Assembly: GCA_963578705.1 (NCBI GenBank)
Contig: CAUZDT010000002.1
Location: 1-57,437 of the forward strand
DNA length: 57,437 bases
Origin: Candidatus Thalassarchaeaceae archaeon
GTDB taxonomy: Archaea; Thermoplasmatota; Poseidoniia; MGIII; CG-Epi1
Reading direction: 5' to 3'
The first letter of the stretch is position 1. Each line of letters opens with the position of its first letter. The notes beneath the pieces were generated by a model, which saw only the letters and a list, made by a program, of their open reading frames with translations, did not search any database and had not been told where the DNA came from. A program made the translations under genes and the position numbers. Below are positions 50,394-57,437 of this stretch, in pieces.

Positions 50394-52630
50394 TCCTCAT
50401 CCTCCGTATCGCCTTCGGGTTTGTCGGCGGGCTGCTGCTCCCGTTCGCTCTCGGGCAGGAACGTGTCGAGCACGGTGGCGGTAGTCTTCGAAATCACCTG
50501 CCCCGTCCCCTCGACGGCGCGGAAGACGCCGAGGGTCGCCGCGCCCGCCAGGTCGGCCGCGGCGCCGACCGGGGCGCCGATGATGCCTTCGCGGTGGAGT
50601 CCCAGCACTTCCTGGAATTCGTCCAGGCTCAGCTCGTCCCAGTGGTGGAAGGTATACCAGAGGGTGACGATAATCAGCGCCACCACCAGCGCAATCAGCA
50701 ATCCGTAGGTCCCCATCTGCCCGGCGAGGCCGAGGCCGAAGACAATCGAGGCGGAGATGATGAACGACCCGAGGACGCCGCCAATCGCCACGGCCGAGAG
50801 GATGCGGTAGGGGGTCATCGACATCGAGCGGCCGAGCAGGGTGCCGCCGACCGACCCGGAGCCCTGGAACGGGAACATCACGAAGAGCAGGATGCCGACG
50901 AACGCCAGTCGCTCAATCCACGGCTGCGCGGTCATTATTTCGTGACCCTTGGCCTGCACCCGCTGAATGGCTCCGCCGACGAACGGAATCTTGCGCGCGA
51001 GGTCGAAATTCCACGCCAGGAAAATCCCGACCATGATGTCGACGAAGGCGGTCGCCAGTGCCAGCACCCACGGGTTGATTCCGGCCGCAATTCCGAGTGG
51101 AATGACGGTCCCCTTGCCGAGCGGCGGGACGAAATAGAGCAGCATCAGCTGCGAAACCAACAGGAAGTCGCGGGTGGGGATGGCGAGGAAAAGCAGCAGG
51201 AATCCGCCAGCAGTGGTGAGTATCGGCATGCTGAAGCGCGTTACCGCCAGGATAACCGCATGGCCACCGACAGCGTAAACCAGCAGCATCGCGCCCGCCA
51301 GCACGAACGAGTTGAAGCCGACCGACCACCAGAAGGTGGGACGCACCACTTCAGGCTCAACCACCAGCAGCTCGCGGCTGAGGTTGACCGGCTGCTCGCC
51401 GAATGGACTCGTGAAGCCCTCGCCCGTCACGTTGCCGGCAACCCAGCTTGAGTTGGCGACCGACCCGGCCCCGCCACCTTCACCGATGACCGTGACGTCC
51501 ATGTAGATGGAAGCGCCGACCGGCAGCCGCTGCTTCAGGTCCCCCTCCGCGCGGACGGTAGCGCCACGGAGGACTACGTAGGTATAGCCCAGCTCCTCGC
51601 CGTCGGCGACGTTGGTGACCGGGGTGTTGAGCAGCGTGAAGTTGGTGACGCGCGTCTGCTGGAACAGCACCACATCCAGCTGCGATTTCTGGAAGCTGCC
51701 GTTGGTCAGCTGCGCGTGGTCGAACTTGATTCCACTGAAGCTGCTCTGGAGGCTGACGGTGCTTTCCCAGACCGTGCTGCGGACCACCATCCGATCCACG
51801 GCAGTATGTTCCAGCCGCACCTCCTCGAGGACCGAGTTCTGAAGCAGGACCTCCGAGAACACGACATGCGTCAGCACCGAGCTGCGAATCGTGACGTTGT
51901 GGAAGGCGACCCGCTCGAAGTCGCAGTTGATGAAGAAGCCCTGTTCGAAGACCACGTCCTTGAAGACCACGTCCTCGAAATCCACCTCGTTGAACAGGAA
52001 TCCGTTGATGGAGAGGTTGCTGAAGTATTGCTGCCGCACCAGTCGCGCACTCGAGTAATTGGCCGCCGCGCTGGAGGACTGGCCGAAGAGCGACTCGAGC
52101 GACCCGCTCGCCAGCAGTGTCCCGTCGGCCGCTTGCGGTGCCGGGACCAGCCGCGGCCAGCTTGATTCCTCGAGCGGGGCGTAATACTCGATGGACTCGA
52201 TGTTACCCTGAATCAGGAAAACGTCGCCGGGCGCGAAGTCGGGATAGTCACCGTCGCTGGTGTAGCGCGCCAGGCTGCCGTGGTCGACTGCGGCCACATA
52301 CCAGTAGCCGCTGCGGTCCTGCCCGAGGGCGGCCTGCGGCCAGCCGGCGAGGCTGACGCCGAGCAGGATTAGCAGCACTCCCAGCGCCAGCAGTGGGCGC
52401 GATGCGGCGCGGACGCGCGCGATGAATATCCAGAAGGCGTCGACGACAAAGTCAATTTCGTCCTTCTCGCGCCGGCTGACCTTGACCAGCACCTCTTCCT
52501 GGCGTGCGCGCCACGCAATCGGCCGCTCGCCCAGTTCGTGCCCCGGCAGCGGCGCCTGCGCATCGGGGTCGACCGGGGTGGGCGTCTCGCTTTCCGGCGG
52601 CTGCTCCTCGTTGGACATCCGCCGCCGCAC
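50390..52630 (-). CDS. large membrane protein: N-terminal TM, ~135-aa pentapeptide-repeat beta-helix region, C-terminal multi-TM domain
   Basis: 746 aa. ATGA junction with the epimerase. Residues ~203-338 have a hydrophobic residue every fifth position (FNEVD FEDVV FKDVV FEQGF FINCD FERVA FHNVT ...). The C-terminal polytopic region (...PLGKGTVIPLGIAAGINPW...) may resemble small-multidrug-export-like domains, with low certainty. Confidence 0.7.
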   Translation of the reverse strand: MRRRMSNEEQPPESETPTPVDPDAQAPLPGHELGERPIAWRARQEEVLVKVSRREKDEIDFVVDAFWIFIARVRAASRPLLALGVLLILLGVSLAGWPQAALGQDRSGYWYVAAVDHGSLARYTSDGDYPDFAPGDVFLIQGNIESIEYYAPLEESSWPRLVPAPQAADGTLLASGSLESLFGQSSSAAANYSSARLVRQQYFSNLSINGFLFNEVDFEDVVFKDVVFEQGFFINCDFERVAFHNVTIRSSVLTHVVFSEVLLQNSVLEEVRLEHTAVDRMVVRSTVWESTVSLQSSFSGIKFDHAQLTNGSFQKSQLDVVLFQQTRVTNFTLLNTPVTNVADGEELGYTYVVLRGATVRAEGDLKQRLPVGASIYMDVTVIGEGGGAGSVANSSWVAGNVTGEGFTSPFGEQPVNLSRELLVVEPEVVRPTFWWSVGFNSFVLAGAMLLVYAVGGHAVILAVTRFSMPILTTAGGFLLLFLAIPTRDFLLVSQLMLLYFVPPLGKGTVIPLGIAAGINPWVLALATAFVDIMVGIFLAWNFDLARKIPFVGGAIQRVQAKGHEIMTAQPWIERLAFVGILLFVMFPFQGSGSVGGTLLGRSMSMTPYRILSAVAIGGVLGSFIISASIVFGLGLAGQMGTYGLLIALVVALIIVTLWYTFHHWDELSLDEFQEVLGLHREGIIGAPVGAAADLAGAATLGVFRAVEGTGQVISKTTATVLDTFLPESEREQQPADKPEGDTEDEE

Positions 52631-52656
52631 TCCTTCCGGGCGTTTAATCCTTGGCT

Positions 52657-52863
52657 TCAGCCACCCGAGGCGACCAGCACGACGCGCAATCCCCCTTCCG
52701 GGAGGCGCGATTTGAGCGCCACCGGCCGCAGCGGCTCCCCCTCAGCGAGCACCAGCACGCCGTCCGGGTGCAGCTCCAGCGCCGTGATCAGTTCGCCCGC
52801 GGTCGCCCCCTCTGGTAGCTCGACCTCGCGCTCCTCGCCGCCGACGGTCACGCTGCGCTGCAT
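52657..52863 (-). CDS. ThiS/MoaD-family ubiquitin-like small protein ending in Gly-Gly
   Basis: 68 aa. MQRSVTVGGEEREVELPEGATAGELITAL...LPEGGLRVVLVASGG*. Beta-grasp pattern with a C-terminal diglycine. Confidence 0.6.
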   Translation of the reverse strand: MQRSVTVGGEEREVELPEGATAGELITALELHPDGVLVLAEGEPLRPVALKSRLPEGGLRVVLVASGG

Positions 52864-52921
52864 ACATCTCTATCGTCGCGCCGGCTTAATGCTTATCATC
52901 CGGCCTTACTGGCGCCTGCGC

Positions 52922-53007
52922 GCCAGGATCGCCTAGTCCGGTAGGGCGGTGGTCTCGAAAACCACTGGGGTCTCCCCACGGGGGTTCAAATCCCTCTCCT
53001 GGCGCCA
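52922..53007 (+). tRNA. tRNA-Ser (anticodon CGA), long variable arm, CCA encoded
   Basis: GCCAGGAUCGCCUAGUCCGGUAGGGCGGUGGUCUCGAAAACCACUGGGGUCUCCCCACGGGGGUUCAAAUCCCUCUCCUGGCGCCA. Acceptor stem is GCCAGGA/UCCUGGC. Anticodon stem is GUGGU/ACCAC with loop CUCGAAA. The variable arm is UGGGGUCUCCCCACG. A TATA-like cttaatgcttatca lies ~28 nt upstream. Confidence 0.9.
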
Positions 53008-53009
53008 TG

Positions 53010-53711
53010 TTACTGGGTTGATGGTGATTTGACCAGAGCCGGGAACGTCTCATTCAGGATTTGTTTGTACTCCACCCTGTCTCCCATAGCTTTCGCGCGC
53101 TTTGCAGCTTCATTCAGATCCCGTTGCCGAGTATGGTCATCTGCCTCAGGGAGAGGCTCCCTAGCTTTAATTTCGCTTTCTGGCAGGAGATAAAAAGCCC
53201 CTCCATCAACACGTAACATCGCGTTTCGGCTATAATCGTAAATTCTGGAATCACCCGTAATGTTGCCCTCAGCGGCCTGCTTCACATAGATGTGCAAACT
53301 GAAGGAATTCCTATCTCCTGGGTTCCCCATCTGATGAATCAATGCTGGCGTCACTTCCAGCGTTGTTCCCGCTTCAATGATAGCACGCCCGAGAGTGATA
53401 AGTTTCTGATTAACTATTTCGAACGCGGCGTGTTCGGTATCTCCAAAGACCTTGACCACGCCAAACTCAGCTTCCCCATGATCGTGTATGGCACTATAAT
53501 CTCCGGGTTTCCAGCACATAACCATCACTTCGAAAAAACCACCATCATGCACCATTTTTCGACCATATGAATCAGAGACAGGATAGTCGTAATCTATCCA
53601 TTTCACAAGGTCCTTGAACCCCACAGTAGATTTTGAAACAGCCTCATAGACGCCTTCTAGCGTGAATTCACTCAAGCCCTCAAGGGAGTCTATCAGACTT
53701 TCCAGAGTCAT
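53010..53711 (-). CDS. cupin-fold thiol dioxygenase-like protein (cysteine dioxygenase type I family)
   Basis: ORF to 53723 trimmed to ATG 53711. ...FEVMVMCWKPGDYSAIHDHGEAEFGVVKVFGD...LIHQMGNP... Low GC. The stop lies 2 nt after the tRNA-Ser CCA. Confidence 0.6.
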   Translation of the reverse strand: MTLESLIDSLEGLSEFTLEGVYEAVSKSTVGFKDLVKWIDYDYPVSDSYGRKMVHDGGFFEVMVMCWKPGDYSAIHDHGEAEFGVVKVFGDTEHAAFEIVNQKLITLGRAIIEAGTTLEVTPALIHQMGNPGDRNSFSLHIYVKQAAEGNITGDSRIYDYSRNAMLRVDGGAFYLLPESEIKAREPLPEADDHTRQRDLNEAAKRAKAMGDRVEYKQILNETFPALVKSPSTQ

Positions 53712-53789
53712 CCTCCAACGCAAGCCACAGAGGTTTTTAAAAGTTTCAAGAGTAATAGTGAGTTTTGGCTGGAATGTAAAGGGCGTTTA

Positions 53790-55358
53790 CTAGGCTGAAA
53801 AATCTGCAACCATCTTCAGATACACGTCGAAAAACAGAAACACAGCCAAAATCACAAAGAAAATTGACTTGGGAACAATAAATTTTAACATTCCCGCAAG
53901 ATTCGTATTATGTCTGTATTTCAACCATTCCTTGTCCAGGACAACTACCGAACCGGTGAATATAATCAGCATCAACCAGGTTAACCATTGGAATTTGGGA
54001 AACAGTATTCCTCTCGAACCGGCAAAAAAGAGGTCTAACACCACGAATATGATTGAAAGGGTTGCCAAGAAACCCACAAAGACCGCGTAGGCCGACAATC
54101 CCAAAGAGGTCAGGACAATGTCCCGGCCTTTGCCTTCAGAGAATATCCTTTGGTTGATTCCAGACTTTAGGAAAGCGAAATTGAGTGTCGCGAAAAACAG
54201 AAGAAGCAAAATCAGGTAGGGTGCAGACCTCTTGTAAAAATTAGTCATAGGCTCTTCCCAACCCGCGAAATTCCCTTCAAGCAATGCCCTATGAAGGTTA
54301 TCGGCCCCCTCTTGTGTCACGTCAAGTGAAGTGAAGACCACGACGTATTCGCTACTAGGATTGACTATTATCCGTTGCCCGTGCAAGCCTGATGCAGTGT
54401 AAAAACCGTCATAGGTCCACCATAGGTAGCCATAGCCTCCTGAGGGCTTTACTGAATAAACAAATTGGACGTCGTCCGGCATATGGTCCAATGTTGATTC
54501 CCAGACCCATTCCTTTGATATTATTTCTTCGTCGTTCCACATTCCTTCCTGCAGGAATAATTGGCCAAGTTTTGCCATCTCCCTGGAGGTTAGATACAGG
54601 CTAAAGCCGCCGTATGCCAGTCCCGAGTCATCCGTACCCCATGATACTTCCTGAATTCCTAGGGAATCGAATAGATATTCATTCGCAAAATCTATCAATG
54701 ACATGTTTGATTGAATCTCAATAATCTTGGTGAGTATAGATGGTGCTTGTGAGTCGTAGACCCATGAGGTACCTGGTTCGCGAGTCACAGGACTGTTGAG
54801 GACATGCGTGGCTACTGACCCCTCAACAGGAGGCGCTAGCGTTGGGTCCTCACCATAATCAAATCCAGAGGTCATAGTCAATACATGCCTTATCGTAACG
54901 TTCTGTTTTTCAGGAGAATCATGGTCAAATGTCGCGTTCGGAAAATAACTCACGACTGGATCGTCAACGCTGCCAATGATTCCCTGATCTATTGCGATTC
55001 CCACCAGTGCTGAAGTGAAACTCTTGGTGACCGAATAAGTGTTGAATTGCGTACTGTAACTGAAATCATTGTAATATATTTCTCGAACTATGGTTCCCCG
55101 ATTGACGACGATCACACTATTTGCCGGGTATTCGTAATCATCTATATTTTTCAGCATCAGATCGAATTCATTTGCCATATCGAACTGGGCATCCAAATCC
55201 ACAGACCAACCGTCATTATCCGGGTCATACAATTTATTTCCAGCATGCTCATAATATGAGAAAAGGTCCCGGAAATGACCGTTACTGTAAACGGTCATTG
55301 AAAGAACAAGAACTACAGTGAATACAACGAATGTCTGGTGCCTGTTAATTTCCTGCAT
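53790..55358 (-). CDS. serine hydrolase of the beta-lactamase/PBP fold (class C-like) with N-terminal TM and C-terminal multi-TM domain
   Basis: ORF to 55382 (TTG). I prefer ATG 55358, with TATA tttaaatatt ~25 nt upstream. The SxxK motif is YSVTKSF. There are 4-5 hydrophobic segments at the C-terminus. Low GC. Confidence 0.7.
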   Translation of the reverse strand: MQEINRHQTFVVFTVVLVLSMTVYSNGHFRDLFSYYEHAGNKLYDPDNDGWSVDLDAQFDMANEFDLMLKNIDDYEYPANSVIVVNRGTIVREIYYNDFSYSTQFNTYSVTKSFTSALVGIAIDQGIIGSVDDPVVSYFPNATFDHDSPEKQNVTIRHVLTMTSGFDYGEDPTLAPPVEGSVATHVLNSPVTREPGTSWVYDSQAPSILTKIIEIQSNMSLIDFANEYLFDSLGIQEVSWGTDDSGLAYGGFSLYLTSREMAKLGQLFLQEGMWNDEEIISKEWVWESTLDHMPDDVQFVYSVKPSGGYGYLWWTYDGFYTASGLHGQRIIVNPSSEYVVVFTSLDVTQEGADNLHRALLEGNFAGWEEPMTNFYKRSAPYLILLLLFFATLNFAFLKSGINQRIFSEGKGRDIVLTSLGLSAYAVFVGFLATLSIIFVVLDLFFAGSRGILFPKFQWLTWLMLIIFTGSVVVLDKEWLKYRHNTNLAGMLKFIVPKSIFFVILAVFLFFDVYLKMVADFSA

Positions 55359-55385
55359 GTCAGTTCTCGATTTGACGACCAATAT

Positions 55386-57080
55386 TTAAACTGCTTCGCG
55401 CACCTTGACCGCCAGCCCCTGTTGGCCCAGGGCAATCTCGACAGGCGCCACTTTCAGTTTACCCACCGCGACCAACTCATCGCTCTCAGTAACAATCAGG
55501 CACTCGTCCTGACAGCGCAATCTAGGGTCGCATTCCAGCACGAACTTGCAGAAGGCATTACGTCCCTGCCGGTTGAATTCGGCCGAGTCCGCGTGGACCA
55601 CTACGCGTTGTTGCGGTGCCGCACAGGCGGCGTGGATTACGCACGCACCAGCCGCCCGGAGCGTGAAAAGTCCGTATCGTGCACTAAGCGACAGGCGATG
55701 TTCACCATCAACCAGTACATTGCGCAAGCGCCCGGTATTGCGGCTGGTAACCAGCTCAACCTTACCTCCCAGCAGTGCGTCAGCCGCGGAGCCGCCGAAC
55801 TGAAAGGCGGCGATGGCGTGCACCCGCTCGGGGGTCCAGCTGCGCTGCCGCACGTTGCCGGGCGGCCGCAGTGGCGCGGTATCCGCCAGCGGTTCGGGGA
55901 CGGCGCCGAAGAGCGGATGCTCGAAGCTCGCACCGCCGGTCGCCGTACGGGTCAGCCTGCCGCGCGCAAATCGTAGGAGCGGCTCGCGATTCGCGGTCGG
56001 CTGCCGCGGCCGGAAGGCGGGCTCCCACTGCTCGAGCCAGTCTCCGTGCGGCTCCAGCGCCGCGAGCGCGTCGCCCACCTCAGGCCGCCCGGCGGCGCGT
56101 GCGACGACCAGCTCCCACAGCAGTCCGTCGCGAATCGCCTCGCGCACGCGTCGCAGCTCGGCGAAGCTCACGAGCAGGTTGTGGCGCGCGATCTGGCGCT
56201 CCCGTTCTTCCGTCGGGAGCGCCTTGAGCTCGTCAGCGCTCGTCGTGGAGCAGGCTGCGCAGCCGCACGGCAGCTCCTCCATCTCCGCCAGCCGCCGCGT
56301 GCCCCAGCTGAACATCATGCGGCCGTCGGCGGCGAACTTGGCGTAGCTGGCGCTGTCGAACAGGTCGCAGCCGAGCAGCGCCGCGAGCGCGAAGAGCGAC
56401 GGGTGGCCGCAGCCGAACAGGTGCACCGGCCGCATCGGCACCAGCGCGCGCTTCGCGGCGAGCACCAGCGTCGCGAGTTCGGCATAGCGATACTGCTCCA
56501 TCAGCGGCACGACGCCGCCGATGGGATGGACGTCGGCCTCGACGGTGGAGACCTGCGCGGCGGCGCGCTCGCGGAGCGCCGGATGGCTGCCGCCTTGCAC
56601 CGTCGCGGCGAGCAGCATCTCGCCCTTGAGCGGGACCGCCGCCGCGATGCGCGACTGCGTCTCCGCCAGCTCCGCCTCGGCGCGGTCGGCGTCGAACTCC
56701 GGTTCGGTGAAGACGTCGAGCACGGTGCCGATGTCGCTGCCGATGTCGCGCTGGAACTCGACGATGGCCTGCGGCTCGATCTCGATGTCGCCGTAGACGT
56801 GTGACTGGAAGGTGCCGCTGTCGGTCATCAGCGGGCCGTCCCACCCGACCAGCGCGTGGACGCCGTCCGCCAGCGCGCGCTCGCGCAGCTCGTCGTGCCG
56901 CGAAATAATGTAGGAATTGGTAATCAGTCCGGTCGCCCCGCAGTCGCGAATCTCCGCTGGTTTCAGTGTCAGCTTGCGCGGGTTGACCACCGGCAGCAGC
57001 GTTGGCGTCGTGAGCGTGCCGTGCGGGGTCATCAGGCGGCCGATGCGTGCCAGCCCGTCGCGTTGCCGGATTTTGAACAC
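55386..57080 (-). CDS. tgtA: archaeosine tRNA-guanine transglycosylase (ArcTGT)
   Basis: 564 aa, GTG start. RDGLARIGRLMTPHGTLTTPTLLPVVNP...GPLMTDSGTFQ...CGCAAC (Zn site), plus C-terminal PUA-like ...CLIVTESDELVAVGKL... Confidence 0.88.
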   Translation of the reverse strand: MFKIRQRDGLARIGRLMTPHGTLTTPTLLPVVNPRKLTLKPAEIRDCGATGLITNSYIISRHDELRERALADGVHALVGWDGPLMTDSGTFQSHVYGDIEIEPQAIVEFQRDIGSDIGTVLDVFTEPEFDADRAEAELAETQSRIAAAVPLKGEMLLAATVQGGSHPALRERAAAQVSTVEADVHPIGGVVPLMEQYRYAELATLVLAAKRALVPMRPVHLFGCGHPSLFALAALLGCDLFDSASYAKFAADGRMMFSWGTRRLAEMEELPCGCAACSTTSADELKALPTEERERQIARHNLLVSFAELRRVREAIRDGLLWELVVARAAGRPEVGDALAALEPHGDWLEQWEPAFRPRQPTANREPLLRFARGRLTRTATGGASFEHPLFGAVPEPLADTAPLRPPGNVRQRSWTPERVHAIAAFQFGGSAADALLGGKVELVTSRNTGRLRNVLVDGEHRLSLSARYGLFTLRAAGACVIHAACAAPQQRVVVHADSAEFNRQGRNAFCKFVLECDPRLRCQDECLIVTESDELVAVGKLKVAPVEIALGQQGLAVKVREAV

Positions 57081-57113
57081 GGTGCGGCAGCGCTGGTGGG
57101 AATTATACCTTGC

Positions 57114-57437
57114 TCAATCTTCGCCCGGCGTGAGGACGTCGGCGGCGGCGCCGAGTATTGAGACGACGATAACTCCGCCAATGGCGACCAGCACCGCTAG
57201 CCGGCGGCGCTCGGGGTCGACCGCGCTGCGGGTGGCGACAATCGAGGCGGCGTAGGTTATCAGCAGCAGGATGTGCTTGGTCACCAGCATCGTCACCCAG
57301 CGGTTTTCCATGAACTCCAGCAGGAAGCGGTCGCGGCGCAGGCACCGGTCTTCGCAGCTGGCGGCGCACTGGTGGGAGCAGCCAGCTTCCCCGCGCTGGC
57401 CGCCCTTGCGGGAGTCGCGACCACCGCCCGCACACTG
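57114..57437 (-). CDS. hypothetical membrane protein with Cys-rich N-terminal segment (5' end outside window)
   Basis: The frame is open from the window edge: ...GCSHQCAASCEDRCLRRDRFLLEFMENRWVTMLVTKHILLLITYAASIVATRS...LAVLVAIGGVIVVSILGAAADVLTPGED* (two TM segments). The track lists only the Met-initiated 57114..57311 part. Confidence 0.4.
   Translation of the reverse strand, partial: QCAGGGRDSRKGGQRGEAGCSHQCAASCEDRCLRRDRFLLEFMENRWVTMLVTKHILLLITYAASIVATRSAVDPERRRLAVLVAIGGVIVVSILGAAADVLTPGED

Noticed and set aside
53030-55383. att-like direct repeat for the tRNA-Ser islet (gatttgacca at ~53036 versus gatttgacgacca at ~55371)
   Set aside because: Only 8 contiguous matching bases. Both copies are inside coding sequence and unrelated to the tRNA 3' end. 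This is within chance expectation for AT-rich DNA.

Overview
High-G+C archaeal chromosomal segment. Archaeal origin is supported by L32e/L19e/S4e, aIF1/SUI1, RNase P Rpp29, AdkA, DUF106, Topo VI-A, RadA, RPA, aIF5B, XPD and archaeosine TGT. A Thermoplasmatota or Marine-Group-II-like euryarchaeon is only a tentative guess. Layout: (1) 1-2.0 kb: partial valS and a thiolase. (2) 2.5-17.9 kb: one almost gap-free, translationally coupled (ATGA/GTGA/TGATG junctions) ribosomal super-operon, rpl3...rpl15-secY-[LbH acetyltransferase]-adkA-DUF106. (3) 17.9-23.4 kb: HemK-like methyltransferase, an RHH::PIG-L deacetylase / GT4 / ATP-grasp cluster, prs and an amidohydrolase. (4) 23.4-29.2 kb looks lower in G+C by eye. 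It holds glyS, a 680-bp non-coding gap with two ORB-like boxes around an AT-rich core, top6A, a small Zn-ribbon gene, and three small frame-disrupted genes (CBS, PCD, ACT). (5) 29-40.5 kb: a CARDB surface protein, then an rpa1-rpa2-microORF-radA operon. That operon is divergent from an unusual OB-fold/RGG/4xCCHC zinc-knuckle gene, which is followed by infB. XPD, ridA and an EamA transporter complete this block. (6) 40.7-57.4 kb: M43 lipoprotein protease, a 4-gene KaiC-like operon, an OPT transporter, and a VOC/epimerase gene. It also has low-GC patches next to tRNA-Glu(CUC) and tRNA-Ser(CGA), an operon of a ThiS-like GG protein plus a pentapeptide-repeat membrane protein, and tgtA. I recognised no rRNA, CRISPR, transposase or integrase. 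Many long antisense ORFs in the supplied track are GC-driven shadow ORFs. Top leads: the OB + RGG + CCHC-knuckle protein beside rpa/radA; the candidate replication origin at 25.28-25.40 kb; eukaryote-like appendages on ribosomal proteins (SAP domain on uL24, PRGG repeats on uS5); the KaiC-like triple-paralog operon; and the RHH::deacetylase-GT4-ATP-grasp cluster. All functional calls rest on motif recognition by eye, with no database search.
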